From the NCBI RefSeq assembly GCF_009914755.1, contig NC_060927.1: DNA of 64,000 bases; one strand, given 5' to 3'. Position numbers and translations under genes: made by a program. Origin of the DNA: the human T2T-CHM13v2.0 reference genome, Homo sapiens. Shown here piece after piece: positions 14,359-26,628 of this stretch. Positions within the stretch are counted from its first letter, which is position 1. Each line of letters begins with the position of its first letter. Below the pieces are notes generated by a model. It saw only the letters and a program-made list of their open reading frames with translations, was not told the origin of the DNA and did not search any database.

Positions 14359-16182
14359 TGTTCTATTTTTTTATGTGGCAATCCTGAGTTCCCTGATTTA
14401 CAGTGACTCTACCACTCTTCCACTGAACACCAGCACTCTCCTTTAAATACTGTAGTTGAAATATGGTTGTTTATTGCTTGTTTTGGTCCTTTTGTTGTGA
14501 GGGACATAGGTGTTAGGCACCTCTAATCAGCAACCTTGCTGACTTCCTTCACCAATTCTTTTTTCAATTTGGTTGAGCTAGCTATTAAAAGTATTTATTC
14601 TTTTCTTCAATTCAGTAATTGCATTCTTCATCTCTAAGATTTCTGAGGTTTTTAAAATATTTCTATTTCTTCGTCAAACTTCTCATTTTGTTTATATATG
14701 GTTTTTCAAATTTTTAAAAATTTTGTATCTGTATATTAATGGAGTTCTCTGAACTTTTTAAAGAGGATTATTCTAAATTCTTTTTCTGTCATTTTATAGT
14801 TCTTTCTTTTGGTCCATTGTTAGTTTCTATTGGAAGTGCCATGATTTCCTGAGTCTTTGTAATCCTTGTATTCTCCCATTGGTGTGTGTGTGTTTGCAGC
14901 AACAACCATCTTTTCTGGCTTTTTCAGATGTTTCTTGGCAGTGATAGATCTTCACTATTTAGTCTAGCCTATGATTGATTCTTGCTGGGCCAGCTGGCAT
15001 TAATTCTGGCCAAGCTAAGCTTGCTTTCAGGTTCTCTAGATGGCTTGGCTGCTACCTTTGCTCTGCATTCATGTGGAGCAGCTGGCTAAGTTCTGCTACC
15101 CAGCAAGAAAACTGGCTGAGCTCTGGAATTAGGCTGAGCTCCGGATGGGCACTGCAATCACCTCTGATCTACCTGGGCTGCAGCATGGATTCCCTGACCA
15201 GAAGGGGCCATATATGTATCAGCAGTTGCACAGTGTTGCAGGAGGGTCCCTGAGGTTAAGTGTATCAGTATGAATGGAGCAACTGCTATGTTCAATAGAA
15301 ATGCATGACTGAGATTTGCCTCCCTTTCTGGGTCAGGTGTGGGGATGGGCTTTGAGGCCGGGGGGGATGGCTGATTAAACTCCCTGGTGTGCCAAACTAG
15401 TGCTTATCAAATTTTGCCCAGTTCTGCTGTGGCAGAGGCTGGCAATCCTGTCCTTATGGTTCACATTAGCTAGTCTCACAGAAGTTCTTTACACGAGTGA
15501 AATTAATCCCTGGTACAGCAGAGAAAGGCTGGAAGGCAAGGCCTGGCTTCTCCTGGATCTGCCATGTAATGAAGACTGGTAAATCTGTTTCAGTGGCTCG
15601 TATGGGAGAGTCATCCAGCATATCCCTGTGTTTGGGGATAGTTTCCTGACCACAGTGACAGGGGCTGGAGCTGAGACTGGTCCCCTTCAAGATCTGCTGT
15701 GCAACAGAGTCAGGCATGTCTGTCGTAGTGGCTCAGCTAGTGTGCATGTCTCACAGCAGTTCCCTACATAGATTCCCTGACTTCAACAGAAGGGGCTAGA
15801 GCTGAGACCAAGCCCCTTTGAGATCTGCTATGGGACGGGGTGGGCAAACCTGTTGCAAACTCTCTGACAGGTGCATCTCCCAGCAGTTTCCTGCACAGGT
15901 GATACATTTCCCTGGCTGTGGCAAAGGGTAGTTGAGCCTCAGATGGATAAGTCTCCAAGCAGTTCTCTGCATGTGTAGGATACTTCCTGGGCTTTGTGGC
16001 AGAGAAGCGCTGGAACCAAGGCAGGATCTCTTTAAGATCTACCGTGGGAATGAAGCCAAAAAGCCGGTCATGGTGGCTCAGATGGGTAAGTCTCCCTCTG
16101 GGTCCTTGTTGGGGCAGTACTCAGCTGGGACAACAGCTGAGGGGCCTGGAATTGAGTTACGGACAACTTTTGACTCCACTAC

Positions 16183-16706
16183 TGCTATGGTTTGGATATG
16201 GTTTGTTTGGCCCCACCAAATCTCATGTTGAAATTTGATCCCCACTGTTGGAGTTGAGTCCTGATGGGAAGTGTTTGTGCTGTGGGGACAAATCCCTCAT
16301 GAGTGGCTTGATGCCATTCTTGTGATAATGAGTGAGTTCTCGCTGTATTTGTTCCTGCAAAAGCTGGTTGTTAAAAAGAGTCTGGTACTGCCCCGTCCCC
16401 TCTTGTTTTCAATCATGCCATGTGATCTCTGCATGCTGGTTCCCCCTTGCCTTCCACCTTGAGTAGATGAAGCATGAGATTCTCGCCAGAAGCCAAACTG
16501 GCACCATGGATCTTGTACAGTCTGCAGAACTGTGAGTCAAAGAAACCTTTTTTCTTTATAAATTATCCAGCCCCGTAAATATAATGGCCCCATAAAAATT
16601 TTGATGTCAAAATTCCTAAAATTTGTGATTCTGTCACCTTACATGGCAAAAGGGAAACTACGGTTGCAGATATTACTTTATAGCAATGCAGAAATGGACT
16701 AAGACA
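16183..16706 (+). mobile_element. MSTB/MSTB1 solo LTR carrying an internal ~91-bp insertion
   Basis: Starts TGCTATGGTTTGGATATGG and ends GGACTAAGACA; TSD actac/accac; foreign segment at 16581-16671. Confidence 0.88.
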
Positions 16707-17329
16707 ACCACTGAGACCAATGACTCTCACAAAGAGACTTTTGTCCATGGATAGGCACAGATTTCTTATGTGAGGAGATATGAGTAGTAACTTCCTATTT
16801 CATGATCTTGCTGACATCACTCTTCGTGATTCAGGTTTAAACTAAAATGTCACCTTCTCATTAGCCTCTGTATATGTAAAGAGGAAATAAAAGCTAAGAG
16901 ACCAAAGTTGAATGCTTACTAGAAGTTTTACGTTTCCTAGTAGGAAAAGTAATCCTACATGGCGGATAAAGCTTGGGGCAGTAAACACGGGAATAGGCCT
17001 TTCAGAGCTACAAAGATCTCTGTCTCATTTTAGAAGAGCCATATTTCAAAGTTCCACTGATTGCTGGCAATATCTAGGCTTATTGATTAGGTATTGTGTA
17101 AAGGCTGGGCTGCCTGATACTGGTTTCTGCTGTATCATGAATTACCTAATTTAGAATTATAACTTTCATCTGCCTTTGCTACACTGATGAGGTACCCAAT
17201 TCAGCAATATTGTATCCAGTTGTTATTTTAACCAAAGTGAGATGTATACCACTGTCAACAGCTGAGATAACCCTGTCAGGGCTCTCTGGCCCTTCATCTG
17301 AAAGACCAGTAAATGCTCCCTTTTTATCC

Positions 17330-17540
17330 CCATCCCATTATCCACAAACACATAATACTTACTTTTCTCCATTAAAAGATATGTAATATATTATGTATTT
17401 TACTTATGTTGTTATTGTTCATCTTTCCCATTAAAATATAAACTCCATGGTAGAAATTTATGTTTTCTTTTTACTGCTATGTCCTCATTACCTAGAGCAG
17501 GGTCTGCTTAATAGTAAACAAACAATAAATACCTGATTAA
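17330..17540 (+). mobile_element. L2 3' end fragment
   Basis: 'tataaactccatgg...tactgctatgtcctcattacctagagcagg...aataaatacctga'. Confidence 0.6.
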
Positions 17541-17697
17541 CACTAAGATATAATCCTTTACTAGCAAGTGTACCTTCATGTTGCATAGTGTTGAAATAGA
17601 ATAAGGTACAAATTAATTATAATAAAAAATAAACATTTAAAACATTTCTGTAGATTTTTACACATTAAAAGCAAAGCAATGATATGACATTAGTTAC

Positions 17698-18125
17698 TGT
17701 AGAAGGCAGAATAATGGTCCCACAAAAATTTTGATGTCAAAATCCCTAAAATTTGTGATTCTGTTACCTTACATGGCAAAAGGGAAACTAAGGCTGCAGA
17801 TGAGACTAAGGTTGCTAATCATCAAACCTTAAGAAAATGAGATTTGGGGGATTTTGGGGGTGGCCCAATGTAATCACAAGGACCTTAGAAGTGAAACAGG
17901 GAGGCAGAACAGAAGGTCAGAATGATACGGTGTAAGAACTCAACCCACTGTTGCTGGCTTTGAAGACAGAGGAGAGGCTATGAGCCATGGAATACAGGCA
18001 GCTTCTGGAAGCCGAACAGTGAGACCCATGTCAGACTTCTGACCTACACAGCTAATAAAAAAAAAATGTGTGGTTTAAGCCAAGTTGGTGGTGATCTGTC
18101 ATAATAGTAATAGAAAACCAATATA
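17698..18125 (+). mobile_element. MLT1D-like LTR
   Basis: 'tgtagaaggcagaataatgg...ttaccttacatggcaaaaggg...ggcccaatgtaatcacaagg...aatagaaaaccaatata'. Confidence 0.8.
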
Positions 18126-18178
18126 GTTATTTTAAAAAAATTGATGTGGTTACTTTAAACATTTTAATTTTTGACCTC

Positions 18179-18248
18179 TTCTTGATCAAATAATTGTTAT
18201 TTATGTATTTTTGTTTCTTGATCAAATAATTGTTATTTATGTATTTTT
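18179..18248. repeat. Tandem duplication, period 36 bp
   Basis: ttcttgatcaaataattgttatttatgtattttt occurs twice. Confidence 0.9.
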
Positions 18249-19219
18249 TTATTAAAAGTAAATACTTACACATTTTGCCTTTCCTGTGATTGGAGTACTC
18301 TTCTGAGTCATCTGATTCACATGAACAAAGGACTCACATGAATTATTTGCCTTGGATGAGGTAGCACAGTGTCCATCTCTCTAAATCAATGCTCAAATTA
18401 AAATTTTCAGATGATGTAAAATGTTATCATTAGAAAATGACCACAAGTCAATTGTAACAAAAATTATTATACAATTAAAACAAAATTTGAAGAAAACAAA
18501 AACCAATGAACATTTAATGTTTAGTATTCTAAATGTGCTTTCTCAATAGAGTAAAGCAATCCATCTCTAACGATTGACTTTGAGGCTGGTAAATTCCTGT
18601 TAATGTTTCAGGTCTTTTAAGTTTTCAAACTAGTTGAAAACTTTTGTTAGTATCATTCAGTATTTAATATTTGCAATTATTAAATAATTATTCACTTCAA
18701 ATAATGAAATAAATGAAGCTTTTTGAATATCCCTTATTTGAAACTCCACAGGTGAAAATTATAGCAATTATTCTGTTCCTCAAATTCCTAAGACTTTTTT
18801 TTAGCCAGAGATAGTATGGTCTGAAAATGATTTGGACATTTTCCTTTTCCATTGTCACACCTTAGAACTGCCATTGCATTTCTGTAAGAACATTAACTCT
18901 TGCTGTTTTTTTTTTTTTTTTTCTCAGCAACCATTTCTTGGCTACTTCTTTAGAATATATTTTTATATAAATAGAACATGGCAAAACATTTTTAAAACTA
19001 ATACAGTATATTCTATTTAAGGTAAAGGAAAGTTTTGTATGTGTATCATCACCTCCTTTCCTTCTTCCTGTGTATCTTTGACTGCATTTTGCAAATGTTT
19101 ATCTTCCCTTAGTTTAGTATTGCAACATTCTAACTTCATACAGAAAAACAAAATGAAACACACACACATCCACTTGGTAAATTGAAGTTTCTGATTCATC
19201 ATGTATATGTAAATCACCT

Positions 19220-19720
19220 GTGGTAGCTCCGTGCTTATCCCTAAAAATGTCTGGAACTATGGTATTGACTCTTGGACAAGATAGGAATGAAATATTCTAG
19301 CTCATGATTGGTAATGTGCTAAGATCAAAACTCCCCTGGAGGTATCTTGTACCAGCTGGTCAAAATTATCGTAAATATGTAGATTGGTGGTCTAAACCTG
19401 GTGCGTCTGGTTACACAGCCTAGTTTGACTAAGTTGTTAGTGTTGTATCTGCATCAATGACTCTTAGTAAACACAAGACTGGGTATCCTTGAGACAGAGG
19501 CAATCACACTTATCTTGATGGTTTGTGATCCAGAGATAGCGCTTATCCCATGTGACAGAGATAGGACCCTGGAAGCTATGCCTGCATGCCTATAATCTGC
19601 CTGATATTTTATTTTTCTGGCTAAATTGAATTATTAGTCTTTATTAAAGCTTTATGTTTGTGTGCTCTGTGGCATCTCTTGAGTCTTTTAATTATATAAC
19701 CCTCTGTAATTGCTGTAATG
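19220..19720. mobile_element. Probable old ERVL-type LTR (family not resolved)
   Basis: About 500 bp less AT-rich block starting 'tgtggtag', with an ATTAAA signal and LTR-like 3' part. Confidence 0.35.
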
Positions 19721-20149
19721 TCTGACTTCATTAAATGGTTCTAGGAATCAACTGGCCTGGAAATTATGATATTGGCAAAATTGTTTTATTTCTCTAAGTA
19801 CCAAGTTTGCTTTTCTTAAATAATTTTTGATATTTTTCAGTTTTCTTTGATGGCTATATTAAACACACTTAAAATCCTTCCAAGTAAGTGTTCATGTAAT
19901 AGATGTTTTCCCCTAATTATTAAAGCAGCACATTTGGAAAATATTGACTTTCTCTATTTTCCCCATTGGTAAGGTAAACGTTTTAAAAGCAGCCAAGGTT
20001 AAGAAGTATAGTCAACACAGCTGCAAATGCTGCAACCTAAATGAATTCATAAAAATCAACAGAAGAGTAAACACCATAATGTTCCAGTATAGAATTTCAA
20101 TTGTCAGGGCAGGTGAAACAACTTGGATTCTGAAACTTTATTTATTCTG

Positions 20150-20477
20150 TGTGGATTAGTCAGGGTTCTCCAGAGAGACAGAACCAATGGAATATATATA
20201 AGCCTGGAGTTCTGATGTTTGAGGGCAGAAGAAGAAGGTTGTTCCAGCCTCAGAAGAGAGGGAGTGAATTTGCCTTTCCTCTGCCTTTTTTGTTTTATCC
20301 AGGCTCCCAGCCAATTGCGTGACCACACTGAGACCAGATCGTCTCCACCAGTTGAACAGGCTCACACATGAGCCTCCTCTGGAAACGCCCTCACAGACAC
20401 ACCCAGGAATAATGCTTTACCAGCTCTTTAGGTATTCTTTAATCCAGGCACGTTGATACCTAAAATCAGCCTTCACA
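20150..20477 (-). mobile_element. MLT2 (MLT2A/B-like) LTR, internally deleted
   Basis: 'ttagtcagggttctccagagagacagaaccaat...ctcacagacacacccagg...cctaaaatcagccttcaca'. Confidence 0.85.
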
Positions 20478-21221
20478 ATGTGTAACCACAGCACCAGGAG
20501 AAATGACAGGCATGTACTGTCTCTACAAAGTGTTCCGTCTCACACAATCAGAGCATAGCCTAAAGGCACAAAAATTTCTCCCTATGATCTTGGTCATTGT
20601 TCTCTATCTGAACACCTCTCACAATCTATTAATTTCTTTTCTCTCTCTTATAGTCACAAGAATTTAAACTTTATTACCTATGTGTCTCCAAGTTTCCTGC
20701 TGACTGACCTGTCAATTCGAATGCCTCTCATGGTTCCCTAATTTTATTGGCTCTGTACATTCAATTTATTTTTGGTTTAATCAAAACAGCACACAGACAC
20801 AGTCAAAAAGTCAAGTAAAATTAATAAATTTATAATGTAAAAGCAGGATCCTGCTCCATACTTCCCTACTGCAGGTTCTTACTAACTGAAACAATTACTT
20901 TCAACTATTTGTAGCTATTTTTCCTGGTTTTCACCTTCATTCCAAGTGACACATTTATATGAACATTTCTTAATTTTTCATTTTTACGTATTTGTTAGTG
21001 ATTTCCCAGTGTAAATGATAAGAAATAAGTTTCTTATTGCTCTAACTCCCACATACACACCAATGCACATTTGTTTTCTGTCATTCAGCCTCATCAAAGG
21101 GTCATAATTTTGCTTCATGCAGTATATAATGCTTATTTTTGACTCTATACAATTTTTCACAGATGAGTTAGCAAAGAACAATAATTACTTGTAGGGGAGG
21201 ATGGGTGAAACAAAAGAGAGA

Positions 21222-21540
21222 CTAAGGCAGAAACTAGCCAGGTGTTCTCAAACCCCGTTCCTCTTTTCTTCCTGCACACTTGGTTAGAATACATATCTCA
21301 CCCTCTCTTTCAGTTAGGTGAATAGACATGACTGAGTTCAAGTAAAAGGAGTGTGAGTTGAAATGACACAAACCACTACACAGCATCCTGCATGCAGCCC
21401 TTCATGCTGTTTTTCTTTAACAAGCTTAGCAGAGATAAGCATAGAAATGTTAGAAGCAAGAGTCGAAGATGGCTGAGCCTCAAGAAGGAAGGAGGCTATG
21501 GCTTTATGGAGGAGAGCTGCCTGGTAAGCAGGAGCACCAA
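21222..21540 (+). mobile_element. MLT1J-like LTR fragment
   Basis: 'ggcagaaactagccagg...cagttaggtg...catgactgagttc'. Confidence 0.55.
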
Positions 21541-21545
21541 TTTCA

Positions 21546-21694
21546 AGAGAAGAAAGAAGGAAAGGAAGGAAGGAAGGAAGGGGAAAGGAGGAAAGGAGGG
21601 AGGGAAGGAAGGAAGGGAGGGAAGGAAGGAAGGGAGGGAGGAAGGAAGGGAGGAAGGAAGGGAGGGAGGAAGGAAGGGAGGGAAGGAAGGGAAA
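21546..21694. repeat. Polypurine (GGAA/GGGA)n low-complexity tract
   Basis: About 150 nt of A/G only; source of ORFs 21392-21727, 21469-21771 and 21543-21734. Confidence 0.95.
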
Positions 21695-21744
21695 TTTCAG
21701 GGTTTTTGTCTATTACAAATAAGTTAGGTAACAATTCGCAAACA

Positions 21745-21950
21745 TTTGCTATATTTCAAATTATTTTCTAAGCACTTTATGAGTACTAATCATCCAGCAA
21801 ACTTATTTGTTAGAATATTTATTTTATTGAAAAGGAATCTCAGAAAGTTAAAGAACGAAACTAGTTTAACTGTATACATCTGGTAACTGGTGAAGCTAGA
21901 ATTTTTGTTCATGCGTTCTGCTTCCAAAGTCCAGCTTTTAACTACTATTT
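21745..21950 (-). mobile_element. MIR
   Basis: 'agcactttatgagtactaatc...aatctcagaaagttaaag...tccaaagtccagcttttaactacta'. Confidence 0.55.
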
Positions 21951-23388
21951 GAAGCTGTTACAGTTCTTTGTAATGAAAGGTTTGAAGTGTAGATTTTTGG
22001 ATCTTCTTGCTGATTGTAAGCTCTTCTTAATATTTGCTGTCATTTCCTCTGTTATTGTCTCAGAATTTCATTTGTCCTGAGAGAGTGGAGGAACTGGAGA
22101 TAGGTAAGGATCCTAAAGATCACTGGAATACTTAGTTCATTTTTCCTCTTGAAACTTTATATTGGGGAAGCAGAGTTACTTTCTTCTGAAAGTGAATCTG
22201 GGGACAACATTTTAAAATGGCTTTCTTGGCATTCATAAAGCTGGGAACAGGGTTTTATTTGGAATCAAGCTGTTCTCTAAACACCGCCAAGAAAGAAATT
22301 TGAAAAGAGGTCAGGGAAGTACAAGGTGACATTTTATTGGGTCAGAATTCATATTATAACCCCACGCACTTATAGCTGGGTAATCACATTTCCTGTGCAA
22401 CAATAGTAATGTTGCCACAGCCATATAGACTACAAAATGCTTTCTCATCATATGTAAGATCCACTTAATAACACTGGTAAAAAAAAAATGCCACAGATGA
22501 TATGCATATCTGACAAAAAGCTTGTATACACAGAATTCTTAAAATGTAAAAATAATGAATGTCAAAACAGTAAAAATAATAATTATTAGTATTATGAGCA
22601 AAAGACTTGAACAGTCGCATCAAAATAGAAAGTATCAAATGGCTAAGAAACATCTGACTAGATGTTAATCCGTTTAATAAAACTACAATGTATGCATATT
22701 TCATTATAATTTTTAAAATAAGCTTCTTATTTACATATAACATACCTATATAAAATGAGTACTGGAAGTGTAAAACTTGATGGGTTTTAATAACATGAAT
22801 GCACCCATGTAACTGGCTTTTGGATTGAGAAAAATAACATTGACAACACAATAGAAGACATCATCATGTCCTTCCTAGTCACTCTCCTTCCTTAAGTATA
22901 CTTACTTTCTGACTTTGGACACACAGCCTGGTTTTGGATTTTACATAGGTGGGGTCAGGAAGTTTGTACTTTTTTGTGTTTTAATCTTCCAGTCAAAATT
23001 CACCTGTGTTCTTGTACAGAGCTATAGTTCAGACTAATTACTATACAGTAATCAATTGTATAAATATACCATGGTGGATTTATCCACTTGTCTTTTGATG
23101 GAGGTTTAGATTGTTTCCAGTTTCATCTATTATGTGTTTTTGTGAAATACTTCTTCATGTATTTTGGTGAACATATGTATACATTTCTCTTAAGTTTTTA
23201 TCTATGAGTGGAACTGCCCAGTTTAGGATATACATATGTTCAGACTTGGTAGTTTCTGACAAAAGAGTTTTTAGTGAGATTATGTCAACATACATTAACA
23301 TCAGCAGTATGTGAGTTCCAGTTGCTACATACTAACACTAACATTTGTCCTATAATTTGTTAATTCATATGGGTTTATAATGATGCCT

Positions 23389-24082
<694 letters not shown>

Positions 24083-24495
24083 AATTTCTCTGGTAACCAA
24101 TGAAGTCTGCAATTATTCAGGTGTTTATCAGGCATTTTGACACTTTCCATTTTGATGTGACTTTGAAGCCTTTGCTCATAATACTAATAATTATTTTTAC
24201 TGTATTGACTTTTATTATTATTGCATTTTAAGAATTCTGTATCAGATATGCATATCTCTTTGTCAGATATGCATATCATCTGTGGGTATACTTTTTTACT
24301 CTCTTGATGTCTTTGAATAAGAAAACATCCTTACTTTTACTGTAATCCTATTTATCACATTTTCCCCCCTTCAGTTAGTACTTTTTCAGTTCAGTTCAAG
24401 AAAACTTTGCCTTCTTCTAAGGCAGTTAAAATTTTATGATTTTTTTAAAGTTTTGTTTTACTTATCACATGTAGAATAACAATCAAACTGGAGTT

Positions 24496-24497
<2 letters not shown>

Positions 24498-24529
<32 letters not shown>

Positions 24530-24795
24530 CAGAGTCTTGCTCTGTCACCCAGGCTGGAGTGCAGTGGTGCAATCTCGGCTCACTGCAACATCCACCTCCC
24601 GGTTCAAGCGATTCTCCTGCCTCAGCCTCCTGATTAGCTGGGATTACAGGTGCGCACCACCACAACTGGCTAATTTTTGTATTTTTAGTAGAGACAGAGT
24701 TTCACCATGTTGGTCAGGCTGGTCTCGAACTCTTGACCTTGTGATCCGCCCTTCCAAAGTGCTGGGATTACAGGCGTGAGCCACTGCGCCCGACC
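24498..24795 (-). mobile_element. AluS (Sg-like)
   Basis: Full dimer with a long poly-T tail and a small deletion in the left arm. Confidence 0.92.
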
Positions 24796-26247
24796 AAGAT
24801 TTCTTTTTATTTTACATAATTATCCAATTGACTCAGCATCTTTTATTAAAGAAGAGCGTCCTTTTCCATTGCACTGCAATGTCCCCTTTGTCACAGTTCA
24901 ACTGAGTGGAGATGTGTGGCTGTTTCTGGACTTGCTGTTCTATTCCTTTGGCCACTTCTCTTTGTTCCAGTCCCTTATTGCCTTATTTATCTAGGTTTGT
25001 AATAAATCATCATGTTTAATAGTAAAAGTCTTTTAACTTTGTTTCTTTTCATCTTTTTCGTCAATATTATCTTGGATACTTGCATTTCCATTTCCATTTT
25101 ATGATCTTACTAATTTCTTTCATGAAATTACTGAGCCTTTGATTATGTTTAATCTATAGATCAATTTTAGAAAAATTGATGCCTTCATAATATTGAATCT
25201 TTCAACCTAAGAACATAGTATACATTTTTTTTATTTACTCTGGTCTTCTTTAATTTCTATCACTAATTTCTGTTGCTTTTGAGATAAAAATATGACACAT
25301 CATTTATAAGAATCAGCCCTTTGTTTTTGATATTATTTTAAAAGCTATTTTTTAAAAACATTTATTTTCTATTTATTTTAAGATATATATGTAAAACTGA
25401 TTTTTGTTTATTGAGTTTATACCTGATCTTTATATATTTAATCTTAATTTATTAAATTACATTGGAATAATTAATTTTTTTAGGGACAGTGGTTACTTTA
25501 GAGACACCTTTAAGTGTGCTGTTTACTATGTTTTTCTAGACTGTTTATCAAATTAGGGAAGTTTCTTTCTCCTCCTGATTGGGTATTGAATTTTTAATAA
25601 GTTTTTCTATTTATCATTTATCAGAGAAAATTATTTTTCTCCTTTTTTAAGGCAATCTGGTGAATTACATTGAATGTCAAATGTTAAACCAGAAAATATA
25701 ATTAATCATAATGTATTATTTTCCCAAACATTACTGGATTTCATTTGCTAATGTTCAATTTGTTAATGTTATGTTAGTGAGAGAAAATTTTCAGAAATTT
25801 ATACTTTATTTTAATAAAGTTTTATTGGGTTTGGTGTTAACAAGGCTGGTCTCATAAAATGAATTGGGGTGGGAAGTATTAACTTATTTTTTAATTTTCC
25901 CTGGAAGAATTTGTGTAAGATTTGCTGTTATTTATTACTTAGATGTTTGCTCTAAATAAATGGATGATGCTTCCTGAAAAGTTTTTATTGTTAATATTGT
26001 TTTAAATTTAGAGACTTAATTTTTAATAGATATAAAACTAATAAATGTTCTAACTCTTTTGTGTCAGTTTGGATAAGTTGTGTTTTTCAAGGGTTTTGTT
26101 CATTTCATCTAAATTTTCAAATTCATTGCCTAAAGTTTTAAAATAACAAATCTGTTTAATATCTGTAGAATCTATGGTTTTCATTCTTAATATTGTTTTT
26201 TCTACACCCTCTAATTTTTTCTTAATGAATCTAGTAGTGGTTTATGA

Positions 26248-26628
<381 letters not shown>

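Noticed and set aside
21392-21771. G/R/K/E-rich ORFs
   Set aside because: Translation of the polypurine repeat
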